Assembly (NCBI GenBank): GCA_019058295.1
Contig: JAHPZI010000002.1
Location: 64,001-128,000, forward strand
DNA length: 64,000 bases
Source of the DNA: Promethearchaeota archaeon
GTDB lineage: Archaea; Asgardarchaeota; Lokiarchaeia; Sigyniarchaeales; SOKP01
Direction: 5' to 3'
The notes under the pieces were generated by a model. The model was not told where the DNA came from, made no database searches, and saw nothing but the letters and a program-made list of their open reading frames with translations. Below, piece by piece: positions 22,714-32,854 of the stretch. The translations under genes and the position numbers were made by a program. Positions within the stretch are counted from its first letter, which is position 1. Each line of letters begins with the position of its first letter.

Positions 22714-25269
22714 ATGAGCGAAAGAATTAAAAGATTGCGTAAAAGATACCAGACAGAAATGCCAAAAATTTCAATTGAAAGGGCAAAATATTATACAGAT
22801 CAGTGGTTCGAAACTGAGAATAATGGAACCCCCCAGAATATACGAGTTGCACTTTCAATGAAGAATGTATATAAAAACATGACTCATTATGTAGATCCCG
22901 ATGATAGGATTGCAGGTTATTGGACTGAGGATTTTATGGGGATACCAATTGATATTGAACGGGGGGTTTTCAATAAAGTGTTTGAGACGGAACTTAGTTG
23001 GTGGACTCTTTTACGTTTCAGAATAGGAGCAATCCTAAAGTCCTTTAAATTCTTACGTGAAAAAGAATATTTGCATGACTTTCTACAAAATAATAAGAGA
23101 CTCCGCAAAGAAGGTTCCCAACCTTTAAATTTTGGAGTCAAAACAATGGAAAAAAGAAAAATAAATCCCTTTAAAATTAATAAGAAAGATAAGAAAATTT
23201 TATTGAAAAAACTCCTTCCGAAATGGAATGGGAACACGCTAGTAAATATACTAGAGGATGAAATTCCGAAAGCAGGTATTCTTTCAGGAAGTATGGTAGA
23301 ATTTTCTAATGCTATGCCCGCAAATACCTCTAGGCAAACTAAAATGATTAGTATGTGTGCTACAATATCTACTTACCAAGGCCATGTTATAATAGATTAT
23401 GAAACCCCAATTAAAAAAGGTTTGCTTAAAATGAAGGAGGAGATTGAGGTTGAAATTGAAAATAGTTCGTCATTATCCTCAGATGATTTAAATACATTAA
23501 AATCCCTTAAGACGGCAATAGAAGGAGTCATTATCTTCGCAGAAAGACTAGCTGAAAAGGTTGAATCTGAATATAACAAAGCAACCGATTCTACACAGAA
23601 AGCGATCTTAAAAAGAATGTTAGAAAATTGTAAAAAAGGTCCCTTATATCCAGCAGAAACTTTTTATGAGGCGATACAATCAGGATGGACAGTAAAAACC
23701 GCTATTGAGTTAGCACATCCTGTAAATTTACATTGTTTTGGTCGTATGGATCAAATATTTTATCCTTATTATAAAAAGGATATTGAGAATGGTATTATTA
23801 CCCAAGATGAGGCAAGAGAGCTATTAGAAGAACTTTTACTAAAAGTTATGTCTCAGAATATCAGACCAGAAACAAACTTGCTTGCAAATTTTTATCATAG
23901 ATTTTTAGGTTCTACTCCAATAACACTTGGAGGACTAAAACCTGATGGGACAGACGCAACTAATGAATTAACCTATCTTTTTCTCGAGGCTGCTAATAAT
24001 TCAAGGGCAGTAACAAATATCTCTCTCAGAATTAATGAAGCCACGCCCGATGATGTATTGTTGAAAGCAGCAGATGTTTTATATCAAGGGAGTTCAAATC
24101 TCTCGTTTTTTAATGATGATGTTAATGTAGAGTCGATGAAAAAAAGAGGCTTTTCTGAAGAGGATGCCCGCGATTATGCTGTAATGGGATGTGTAGAAAT
24201 GCTCTGTCCTGGTAAAACAGGGGGCATGAGCGCTAATGCATTACTTCTATGTAGGTTGTTAGATCTCACATTGCGTAATGGTGATTCTCAAACTTTTATG
24301 GGTCTTATTAAAGAATTAGGACTTAAAACTGGTGAACCAGATTCTTTCTCTACATTTGAAGAATTTTTGGAAGCCTTTTTAACTCAAGCAAATAAACAGG
24401 TAAAATTGCTTGTTGATGTCTCAAATCTTCGCGATCAATTATATGCTAAATATTTACCAGCTCCATATATCTCTGCTTTTATAGAGGGATGTATAGAAAG
24501 TAGGAAAGATGTTACTCAAGGAGGGGGAAAATATGATTTATCTGGTATCTCCTTCATCAATAGTATTGCCAATTTAACCGATTCTTTATATGTTATTAAG
24601 AAACTCATCTTCGATGAAAAGATAACAACTTTTAAGGAACTTATGAATGCAATAGATATGAATTATAACGGCTATGAAGACCTCTATTATAAAATTCTAA
24701 AATTAGAGGGTAAATGGGGAAATGGTTATAAAGAAGTCGACGATCTATGTCATTATGTTTCTAAACAGCTATTCGAAGACACATATAATTATACTTCTTA
24801 TAGGGGGGGAGCATTTGTCCCGTATCTTATCAGTATGACAACACATACTATTGATGGTCGAATCTCTATTGCAACTCCAGATGGTCGTAAAGCTGCTAGT
24901 CCTTATGCTGCAAGCTGTAATCCATATAATGTAGAAAAATGTGGTATAACCAACGTATTCCATTCCGTTTCTGCTATAGATTATGAAGATGTATTAGGAT
25001 GTGCTGTAAATGTAAAGTTTCATCCCACAGCCATAGGAGAAAAATTAGAAAATCGTGAAAAATGGATTGCTTTAATCCGCGCATATTTCGAATTAGGTGG
25101 ACAACAGGTACAACCCACTGTCGTTTCTGCTGAAATGCTTAAAGAGGCACAAGACAATCCAGGCATGTATGGAGATTTAATTGTTAAAGTTGGAGGATAT
25201 TCTGCATATTTCTGTGAGTTAGGTATTGAAATCCAAAATGAAATTATTGCTAGGACAGAACATGAATAA
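22714..25269 (+). CDS. Glycyl radical enzyme 2 (PFL2/dehydratase-type)
   Basis: Cys loop GCVEM; Gly loop KVGGYS; GRMDQ; ATPDGR. Confidence 0.93.
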   Translation: MSERIKRLRKRYQTEMPKISIERAKYYTDQWFETENNGTPQNIRVALSMKNVYKNMTHYVDPDDRIAGYWTEDFMGIPIDIERGVFNKVFETELSWWTLLRFRIGAILKSFKFLREKEYLHDFLQNNKRLRKEGSQPLNFGVKTMEKRKINPFKINKKDKKILLKKLLPKWNGNTLVNILEDEIPKAGILSGSMVEFSNAMPANTSRQTKMISMCATISTYQGHVIIDYETPIKKGLLKMKEEIEVEIENSSSLSSDDLNTLKSLKTAIEGVIIFAERLAEKVESEYNKATDSTQKAILKRMLENCKKGPLYPAETFYEAIQSGWTVKTAIELAHPVNLHCFGRMDQIFYPYYKKDIENGIITQDEARELLEELLLKVMSQNIRPETNLLANFYHRFLGSTPITLGGLKPDGTDATNELTYLFLEAANNSRAVTNISLRINEATPDDVLLKAADVLYQGSSNLSFFNDDVNVESMKKRGFSEEDARDYAVMGCVEMLCPGKTGGMSANALLLCRLLDLTLRNGDSQTFMGLIKELGLKTGEPDSFSTFEEFLEAFLTQANKQVKLLVDVSNLRDQLYAKYLPAPYISAFIEGCIESRKDVTQGGGKYDLSGISFINSIANLTDSLYVIKKLIFDEKITTFKELMNAIDMNYNGYEDLYYKILKLEGKWGNGYKEVDDLCHYVSKQLFEDTYNYTSYRGGAFVPYLISMTTHTIDGRISIATPDGRKAASPYAASCNPYNVEKCGITNVFHSVSAIDYEDVLGCAVNVKFHPTAIGEKLENREKWIALIRAYFELGGQQVQPTVVSAEMLKEAQDNPGMYGDLIVKVGGYSAYFCELGIEIQNEIIARTEHE

Positions 25270-25284
25270 AAAAGAGGTGTAATC

Positions 25285-26790
25285 ATGGTTTATATTCCAG
25301 GATTTCTAGTAAATAAGGTGTATGAGAGAGGTAGTTTACAAAACACAGAAGATGGGTTCACATTTACGTTTAAGAATACTATGACTCCCGTAAAAATTAG
25401 CGGGATGAGCCAATTAAAAATAACTATTGATGGTGAAATTTCAATCCCGCAAGAGAATGTGGAACTTGAACTTGGAGGTCGAATCTTCAAGGTCTCTGGC
25501 GAACCTTTAAAGGAACTTGTAGAATTTTCAAAAAATTCAAAACTTTTTATTCGTATTAAAGGAGATCATCTCTCAAATGGAAAACATGTGTTAAAAATTA
25601 GTTTTATTACTCATGAATATGGAGGAGTCACTCTTAAAGTTAAAGATGCCATGGGAGATATTGAATATCTAACTAAATGGCAGAAATTTAAAAAGCTGTT
25701 TTCAAGAAAAAAGAAGAAAGTGGCTATAAAACCTATGATTATTGAAGGGGAGTTAGGTGGTGTTCCATTAGATCCCGATTTTTCACGATTAGAAAAGGTG
25801 ATACATCATGAAATACCTGATAGAGTACCTTTATTTGAAGCAGAAATCGAAATACCGATTAAAGAAGCCTTCTTAGGTCGTGAAATCCAGACGGCCGAAG
25901 ATGATGTCGAGTTTTACATCAGAGCAGGTTATGACTTTGTACCCGTAGTTCCTCCCTTTTTCACGCCTAGAGTAATGCGACAAGCGAATGGGGATGAGAG
26001 GAGTTGGATTACCGAAAGTGAAGGGCGCATTAAAACTATAGAAGACTTTGAAAAATTTCCATGGCCTGACCCGGATGAAGTCGACTTCTCTTCTTTTTAT
26101 GAAATAGCAGCACTACTTCCTCCAAAAATGAAAATTTTAGGATTACTTTCACCAGCCGCAGTATTTGGAAACACATCCCAATCAATGGGATTAACTAATT
26201 TTTCTTATGCCCTATATGATAATATTGAATTAGTTGAAGCCTTATTCGAAAAAATTGGTTCTTCTTATTTAAAAATAGCAAAACGGCTTGCTAAAGTACC
26301 AAAACTAGGAGCAGTACTAATGTCAGACGATCTAGCACATACAGGAGGGTGTTTTATAAATCCAAAAATTTATAGAAAATACGTGTTCCCGTGGTATAGA
26401 GAGATAGGACGTGTTTTTGAGAATGCGGGCATTCCGTTTATTTTTCATTCTGATGGCAATTTTATGGCTGTTTTTAATGATTTAGCAGATTGTGGTGTCA
26501 AGGCAATTCACCCAATTGAGCCTCAGGCAATGAATATTGTAGAAGTTAAGAAAGAATATGGTGATAAGTTCTGTATTTTTGGTAATATAGATCTTGAATA
26601 TACATTGACCAGAGGAACCGTGGAAGAAGTCGAAGCACAAGTGAAACAAAGAATAAAAGAACTCGCACCCGGTGGAGGCTGGGGGTGTGCTGCTTCAAAT
26701 TCCATCCCTGATTATGTTAAACCTGAAAATTTTAAGGCGATGGTTGAAGCTGTCAAAAAATATGGTAAATATCCTATAAATATTGAATAA
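25285..26790 (+). CDS. UroD/MtaA-family methyltransferase-like protein with extra N-terminal beta-rich domain
   Basis: PDRVP, SDD, FHSDG, GNID, GGGW..ASNS; ~150-aa N-terminal extension. Confidence 0.85.
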   Translation: MVYIPGFLVNKVYERGSLQNTEDGFTFTFKNTMTPVKISGMSQLKITIDGEISIPQENVELELGGRIFKVSGEPLKELVEFSKNSKLFIRIKGDHLSNGKHVLKISFITHEYGGVTLKVKDAMGDIEYLTKWQKFKKLFSRKKKKVAIKPMIIEGELGGVPLDPDFSRLEKVIHHEIPDRVPLFEAEIEIPIKEAFLGREIQTAEDDVEFYIRAGYDFVPVVPPFFTPRVMRQANGDERSWITESEGRIKTIEDFEKFPWPDPDEVDFSSFYEIAALLPPKMKILGLLSPAAVFGNTSQSMGLTNFSYALYDNIELVEALFEKIGSSYLKIAKRLAKVPKLGAVLMSDDLAHTGGCFINPKIYRKYVFPWYREIGRVFENAGIPFIFHSDGNFMAVFNDLADCGVKAIHPIEPQAMNIVEVKKEYGDKFCIFGNIDLEYTLTRGTVEEVEAQVKQRIKELAPGGGWGCAASNSIPDYVKPENFKAMVEAVKKYGKYPINIE

Positions 26791-26804
26791 AGAGAGGTTC
26801 TATA

Positions 26805-27434
26805 ATGGAAAAATTAAAAGAATTAGTAGTAGAAGGATATAATAAAGATACTGTGGAAAGAATAAATATACTTTTAGAGAAAGGTAACAGCGCAGAAGAT
26901 ATTTTAAACAAAGCGTTGATTCCAGCTATGGATAAAGTAGGAGAATTATTTCAAAAAAATGAATATTTTATTCCAGATTTGTTGATCGCCTCAAGAGCAA
27001 TGGAAGAAGGGATGGAAATTCTAAAACCATTACTAGCCAAAGGAGAAAATACGAAATCCTTGGGAAAATTCGTCCTTGGTACAGTCAAGGGTGATCTACA
27101 TGACATTGGTAAGACCTTAGTAGAATCTGTACTGAAAGGTGCGGGATTTGAAGTGATAGATCTTGGAACTGATATTCCTCCTGAAAAATTTGTAGAGGCA
27201 ATAAAAGAGCATAATCCTTTCGCAGTTGGATTAAGTGCCCTTCTTACAATTACTATGATAGAAATGGAAAATGTAGTGAAGGCAATAAAAGAGGCAGGAT
27301 TACGGGATAAAGTTAGAATCCTGCTTGGAGGAGCTCCTGTAACTAAAGAATTTACAGAAGAAATAGGAGCAGATTTCTATGGAGAGGATCCTCATTCAGC
27401 AAAAAATTACCTCCTAAGTGTTATTAAACAATAA
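26805..27434 (+). CDS. Corrinoid (B12-binding) methyl-acceptor protein
   Basis: GDLHDIG (DxHxxG), SALL, GGAP. Confidence 0.95.
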   Translation: MEKLKELVVEGYNKDTVERINILLEKGNSAEDILNKALIPAMDKVGELFQKNEYFIPDLLIASRAMEEGMEILKPLLAKGENTKSLGKFVLGTVKGDLHDIGKTLVESVLKGAGFEVIDLGTDIPPEKFVEAIKEHNPFAVGLSALLTITMIEMENVVKAIKEAGLRDKVRILLGGAPVTKEFTEEIGADFYGEDPHSAKNYLLSVIKQ

Positions 27435-27519
27435 AAATAATATTTTATTAAAAATCTATAAAAAATTTTAATATTAATTTTACTATCTTGTAATCATCAA
27501 ATAACATTAAAAAAAAAAA

Positions 27520-28656
27520 ATGATAAAAATGATGAAAATAGAAAAATTGCCAAGAGAATGCGAAGAATATATGACTCCTAAGGAAAGAATTACAGCAATG
27601 ATTATGAGAAAGAAATGCGATAGAATCCCTGTTTTTCCATTTGTTTCTGCCGCAGCAGCACAAATACTTAAACTTAATTATGGAGAATATGCACAAAAGC
27701 CAGATTTATTTTTACGTGCGCAAATTGAAGCTCAAAAATTATTTGGCTACGATGCGATTACTGCGATGCCAGATTTATGTGTTGAAGCTCAAGGTTTTGG
27801 AGCGAACATAATTTATCCTGATAATAACGCTGCTTATCCAGATCCATATAATCCTGTAATAAAAGATCCTAGTGGATATAAGACTATTGATAAATTATTT
27901 GATTGGTCCCATGCAGACAGAATGAAAAATCAACTAAAGGTTGTAAGTACTATAAATGATCAATTACCCGATATGATGATTGGGGGAATGTCTATAGGTC
28001 CACTAGGACTCATTTCAAGACTTAGAAATGTTAATGAATTTGTACGAGACTTCATTCGGCATCCAGATTTAATCCATGAGGCATGTGAAAAAGTAACTGA
28101 TATTCAAATTGAATATATAGAGAAACAAATTGAGGCAGGAGCGAGGACTATAATGCTACCAGTTGTTTTAGCTGAGAGAGAACTGATGAGTAAAGAAATG
28201 TGGTTAGAATTTGATATGCCTTACCAACAGCGGATTGCTAAATTTGTCAAGAGAAAAAAGGCTCTATATTGTATACATACATGTGGTCGTGGGCCTTATT
28301 TCGATCTTTTAATTGAACACCTTAAACCTGTTCTTATCCAGAATGCTTTTTTACCGGATGGTGTTAAAACCGAAGAGGAAATGGTTGAAAAATATGGTAG
28401 AAAGTTAGTATTCTTAGGTTTTCTAAGTGTTGCATTGCTTGCTTGGTCAAGTCCTATGGAAGTAATAGCAGAATGTAAAAGAGAGCTTGAAGTCTTTGGA
28501 AAATCTCCCGCAGGATATTTTCTTGGAGCATCGTGTGAATACCCTCCATATGCTCCTTTATACAATGCACTGGCAGTAGTAAAGGCTGCTAGAATGTACG
28601 GGGCTAATTTTAAAACTGGAGAAGGACCAGATTATGAAGAGGAGGGTGCAACCTAA
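27520..28656 (+). CDS. MtaA/CmuA-type (UroD-family) methyltransferase
   Basis: DRIPVFP, DLCVEA, HTCG and ASCE zinc ligands. Confidence 0.9.
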   Translation: MIKMMKIEKLPRECEEYMTPKERITAMIMRKKCDRIPVFPFVSAAAAQILKLNYGEYAQKPDLFLRAQIEAQKLFGYDAITAMPDLCVEAQGFGANIIYPDNNAAYPDPYNPVIKDPSGYKTIDKLFDWSHADRMKNQLKVVSTINDQLPDMMIGGMSIGPLGLISRLRNVNEFVRDFIRHPDLIHEACEKVTDIQIEYIEKQIEAGARTIMLPVVLAERELMSKEMWLEFDMPYQQRIAKFVKRKKALYCIHTCGRGPYFDLLIEHLKPVLIQNAFLPDGVKTEEEMVEKYGRKLVFLGFLSVALLAWSSPMEVIAECKRELEVFGKSPAGYFLGASCEYPPYAPLYNALAVVKAARMYGANFKTGEGPDYEEEGAT

Positions 28657-28658
28657 AA

Positions 28659-29297
28659 ATGTCAAGAGAAGAAATTTTAGAAAAACTCAAGAATAGTGTT
28701 ATAGATTGCGATGAAGAGATTGCAAAGGAAGCTGCCAAAGAAGCTTTAGAGGCGGGAATCGATCCGATGGAGGCTTTAAAAGAGGGGCTTTATATGGGTT
28801 TGAAAGAAGTTTGCAACCAATATGAAGAAACTGTTTATATAACAGAAATGATATTTGCCTCAGATACATTTTATGCGGGTGCTAATATATTAAAAGCAAG
28901 TATAGATCCGGAAAAATTAAAAAAAAATAGAAAAGGTATTGCTGTGATTGGTGTTGTTGAAGGAGATATTCACGATCTTGGCAAAAATATGGTAAAATAT
29001 CTAATGGAAGCAGAAGGCTTTGAAGTTCATGATTTAGGATTTGATGTAAAAGCAGAGAGATTTATAGAAGAGGCAGAAAAATCTAACGCAGACCTCATCT
29101 TAATCTCATTGATGTTAAGTTCAATGTATCCAGAGATAAGTAAAATCGTCGGATTAGCAAAAGAAAAAGGTTTAAAAGCAAAAATAATGGCTGGTGGAGG
29201 ACCAGTTTCAGAAGGAATCGCTCAAAAATATGGCGCAGAGGGATGGGCTCTGACTGGTCCCTTAGCTGTTGAAAAAGCTTTAGACTTACTTAAATAG
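28659..29297 (+). CDS. Corrinoid (B12-binding) methyl-acceptor protein
   Basis: EGDIHDLG, GGGP. Confidence 0.95.
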   Translation: MSREEILEKLKNSVIDCDEEIAKEAAKEALEAGIDPMEALKEGLYMGLKEVCNQYEETVYITEMIFASDTFYAGANILKASIDPEKLKKNRKGIAVIGVVEGDIHDLGKNMVKYLMEAEGFEVHDLGFDVKAERFIEEAEKSNADLILISLMLSSMYPEISKIVGLAKEKGLKAKIMAGGGPVSEGIAQKYGAEGWALTGPLAVEKALDLLK

Positions 29298-29337
29298 ATT
29301 TAATTTTATATATTTTTAATATTTTTTTTATAATAAA

Positions 29338-30765
29338 ATGGTTATAACTCCTACTAAAATTTATGAAGATTTTAAGAATAATATTTTAGATAAACATTCC
29401 GCTGTTGATATTTTAATCTCACTAATAGAAAATAGTAAAAATAATAACATAAGAACTGAAAGCGTTGGATTTATTGAAAAAATTGGATATAACCACGATA
29501 AAATCTTTAGACTTTTTGAAAACTTATTAATATCAGATTCGAATAAAGAAGTTAGAATTGCTGCTGCTAATGCAATATATAAAAATTTTTTAGATAAGGC
29601 ATTAAGCCCTATGATGTATTCAATTCTTAATGAATCATCATTAGAATGCTTGAATATAGTTAAAAATTCTTTAACCAATATAATAAAAACATTGTTAGAA
29701 AGAGATGATAATTTCTCTAAACCAATCCTAATTAAAGAAATAAAGAAGATATCTAATCAAAAATTTAACGATAACTTGTATGATCTGATTAAGGAAGGTC
29801 AAATTAAAGAATTTTCAAGGAATGAATTAGCTCAAGTGTTAATTGATTACATTACAATTTCATTATTAAAAAAACAATTCCAAAAATTAAATTTCGAGTT
29901 AGAAAATGGAACAGTTAAAAAATTAGATTTAAGATTTAGATATTATAACATATCCTCCGAGTTAATATCGCCTTCTTCTCCAGTAATAATTCCGATCTTC
30001 AAAAATGATGGATTAGATACTCAATCAGGGTCAATTAATCCTCTATCTTCTTGTACTGAACTACATTTAAGTTATAATTCTTTAAAAGAACTTCCTAATT
30101 GGATAAAATCCCTTTCTTCTCTTGAATCTCTATATTTACATGGAAATTACTTAACTAAGCTTCCAGATTGGATTGGTTCTATAAGCTCGCTTAAAACAAT
30201 TGGATTATCTAGAAATAAATTATTGTCGCTCCCTAAATCTTTATTGGATCTTAGCTTGCTTAAATATTTGGGATTAAGCAATAATAATCTTAAATATGTA
30301 CCCGAATGGTTAGGATCACATAATTCGCTTGAAAAATTATGGTTGGATAATAATCATATTTTATCCCTTCCTGAGTCGCTTAAATCGCTTTCTTCGCTAA
30401 AATCTCTCTATTTAGGAAATAATAATTTAAGGATCCTTCCCGAAATTTTTGAGTCATTTAAATCTCTTAAGGCTCTATGGCTGGAAGGGAATGACATAGA
30501 AAAACTCCCTGAATCAATAGGTTCTCTCTCTTCCCTTGAATATTTATATTTGAATGATAATAAAATAAATGAACTTCCAAAGTCAATTAGTAAGCTTTCT
30601 TCGTTGAAATACTTACATCTTAATAATAATATGCTGATGAAAATTCCTGAATCGTTAGAACATCTCTCATCACTTAAAGGATTATGGTTAAAGGGTAATA
30701 ATTTAAAGGAAATACCTGATTCTATAAAAAAATTGAGAGAGAGAGGGGTTTCAGTTCATATCTAA
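29338..30765 (+). CDS. Leucine-rich repeat protein with N-terminal HEAT-like region
   Basis: ~10 tandem 23-aa LxxLxLxxNxLxxLP repeats; LISDSNKEVRIAAA. Confidence 0.92.
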   Translation: MVITPTKIYEDFKNNILDKHSAVDILISLIENSKNNNIRTESVGFIEKIGYNHDKIFRLFENLLISDSNKEVRIAAANAIYKNFLDKALSPMMYSILNESSLECLNIVKNSLTNIIKTLLERDDNFSKPILIKEIKKISNQKFNDNLYDLIKEGQIKEFSRNELAQVLIDYITISLLKKQFQKLNFELENGTVKKLDLRFRYYNISSELISPSSPVIIPIFKNDGLDTQSGSINPLSSCTELHLSYNSLKELPNWIKSLSSLESLYLHGNYLTKLPDWIGSISSLKTIGLSRNKLLSLPKSLLDLSLLKYLGLSNNNLKYVPEWLGSHNSLEKLWLDNNHILSLPESLKSLSSLKSLYLGNNNLRILPEIFESFKSLKALWLEGNDIEKLPESIGSLSSLEYLYLNDNKINELPKSISKLSSLKYLHLNNNMLMKIPESLEHLSSLKGLWLKGNNLKEIPDSIKKLRERGVSVHI

Positions 30766-32718
30766 TCAAAAATTATAATATTTTTTGAGTAAATAATCGA
30801 TTTCCTCTTCATTTAGTTCAAATAATTGAAAAAATAATTTATCAATAATTTTTTGAATGAAATCTTTATTATTATACTCAAGAGCTACCTTAATATCTGC
30901 CATTAAATCTATTTGGTTAAAAATTGAAAAAAATCTTAAATTATTTAATTTTAAAATCAAGTGATTTAGATTGTGCTGTTCAGAGGAACGATCTAGTTCA
31001 ATTAAACAGGAGATAAGGAATTTAATTACAGATAAAATCGCTAAATCTTCCTCAGACTGAAATTTTTCCATATTTGGTATAGGTAATCCATATTCAAGTT
31101 TTGTTTTGCTTCTTTTAATTTGAATGTTTTTTGCTTTAAATAGAAAGTGAACAAGTTTGGAATTTAAATAGGCCAGGATAAATCTATAGTTTACTTTTTC
31201 TTCCAAAATTCTTGGCCACAGAAAATATGTATCTGAGGTGGCAAAATAAGGAGAATTTGAAAATCCAAATATGTTTTTAGTTGAGATATATTTTAAAAAG
31301 ATTTTTTTACTATTCTCATATAAAGGTTCGAGATCTATTATTTTATCTTTAAAATCTTCTTCTAACCTTCTAATAAAAGTACCTCGTCTTGGAAAATAAA
31401 AATCTTCAGGATTTTCTTTTGCGTTTATTAATATTTCTCGTAATTCTTTTTCAAACTGTTTTAAATATGATGTAAGAACAGGATATTTTTTATCATATAA
31501 TTGATTTCGTTCATGTTCTTCATGATAAGGGAATTCATTTTTATTAAAATAAATTGCATATCCATCGTTATCATTCTGATTATATCCATAATGCTTTATA
31601 GATTTACTCTTGTATATTTTTTTAAGCCTATTTTTTTCTATTTCAGAAAGTTTTAAATAATGATTATTTATTTTAACGAAATATTCGTCATTTTCAATTT
31701 TTAAGTTATTTTCCTTGGTTAAAATAAAGATTTTATCCTTTATGAAGATTAAACCATTGCGAATTATAAAATAATCTCTTAATAAAGAAAGTTCTCCTTT
31801 AATGGAACAAAAATTTTCAATTTTATTAACAATTTCTTTAACTTCTTGAGGATAAATCAGATTCCAACTACCTTCTCTTTTCAAATCCCTATTAGTTGAA
31901 GCAGATTTATATCTCAATATATCATTAGATTCAGCGTTCTGGAGTAAATCCATAAAAATTTTCTTATTAAAGAGTTCATCTGATAGATTAGAGTTCTTTC
32001 TGTGCCGAACTTGAACAATCTCTATAGATTTATCAATTTTTTGTATTTTTTCTTGCTCATTTTTCTTTTGCAACACGAATATACAGTTATGTTGCCCTTC
32101 TGCTCCCTTAAATAGCTTTAAACGTGATAAATCGACATATTGAAGCAAAAAACACTCATCTATTATATGAGGTTTTAAAAATTTTATTCCTGTTTTTTTG
32201 GATTTTGTAATCCAATAATTTGTAGTAATAAATGATAGAATTCCTCCAGGATTTAATTTTATTATTCCTAAATGAATAAAATAATAAAATAAATCCATAT
32301 TTCCTACGAAATAGTTTTCGCATACTGGATAATTCTTAACATAATCTTGAAAAACTTCTGCATTATAGTTTTGCCCTAAATAGGGAGGATTTCCTATAAT
32401 TACATCAAATTTTTCATTAATGTTTGAACTAAAAAAATTTTCAAATTTGAATTTTACACTCGAATAAGTACTTAAAAGATGATCTTTTAAACAATCATCT
32501 ATTTCATAAGCAGTAATATCATTAAAATTGTTTTGAAGTAGGTATTTCAAGAAAATTCCTTTTCCAACAGATGGTTCTAAAATTTTGAAATCATGCGGGT
32601 TCTTATCATCAACCTCAATGAATTTTAATACATTATTTACCATAAACTCAGCAACATATTCAGGAGTGAAGATCTGACTAAAAGACTCATTCCTAATATT
32701 ATTATTTTTTAAAACCAT
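30766..32718 (-). CDS. Amino-DNA methyltransferase (Eco57I/TaqI-like, N6-adenine)
   Basis: QIFTP, LEPSVGKG, IGNPPY, DLFYYF. Confidence 0.9.
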   Translation of the reverse strand: MVLKNNNIRNESFSQIFTPEYVAEFMVNNVLKFIEVDDKNPHDFKILEPSVGKGIFLKYLLQNNFNDITAYEIDDCLKDHLLSTYSSVKFKFENFFSSNINEKFDVIIGNPPYLGQNYNAEVFQDYVKNYPVCENYFVGNMDLFYYFIHLGIIKLNPGGILSFITTNYWITKSKKTGIKFLKPHIIDECFLLQYVDLSRLKLFKGAEGQHNCIFVLQKKNEQEKIQKIDKSIEIVQVRHRKNSNLSDELFNKKIFMDLLQNAESNDILRYKSASTNRDLKREGSWNLIYPQEVKEIVNKIENFCSIKGELSLLRDYFIIRNGLIFIKDKIFILTKENNLKIENDEYFVKINNHYLKLSEIEKNRLKKIYKSKSIKHYGYNQNDNDGYAIYFNKNEFPYHEEHERNQLYDKKYPVLTSYLKQFEKELREILINAKENPEDFYFPRRGTFIRRLEEDFKDKIIDLEPLYENSKKIFLKYISTKNIFGFSNSPYFATSDTYFLWPRILEEKVNYRFILAYLNSKLVHFLFKAKNIQIKRSKTKLEYGLPIPNMEKFQSEEDLAILSVIKFLISCLIELDRSSEQHNLNHLILKLNNLRFFSIFNQIDLMADIKVALEYNNKDFIQKIIDKLFFQLFELNEEEIDYLLKKYYNF

Positions 32719-32854
32719 ATAATTTAAATTATAGGTTATAAAAACTAAATAATTGTTTGTTTAATGCTTATTATTTTGAAGATTTTATTAAATGAAAAGT
32801 AAGAATTATAAAAAATTATTTTTAATTTTTATTGATATTCTTATCCCAACTAAA

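Noticed and set aside
17759-25269. Calling the GREs pyruvate formate-lyase or CutC
   Set aside because: No adjacent Cys-Cys pair of PFL; CutC-specific residues could not be confirmed by eye
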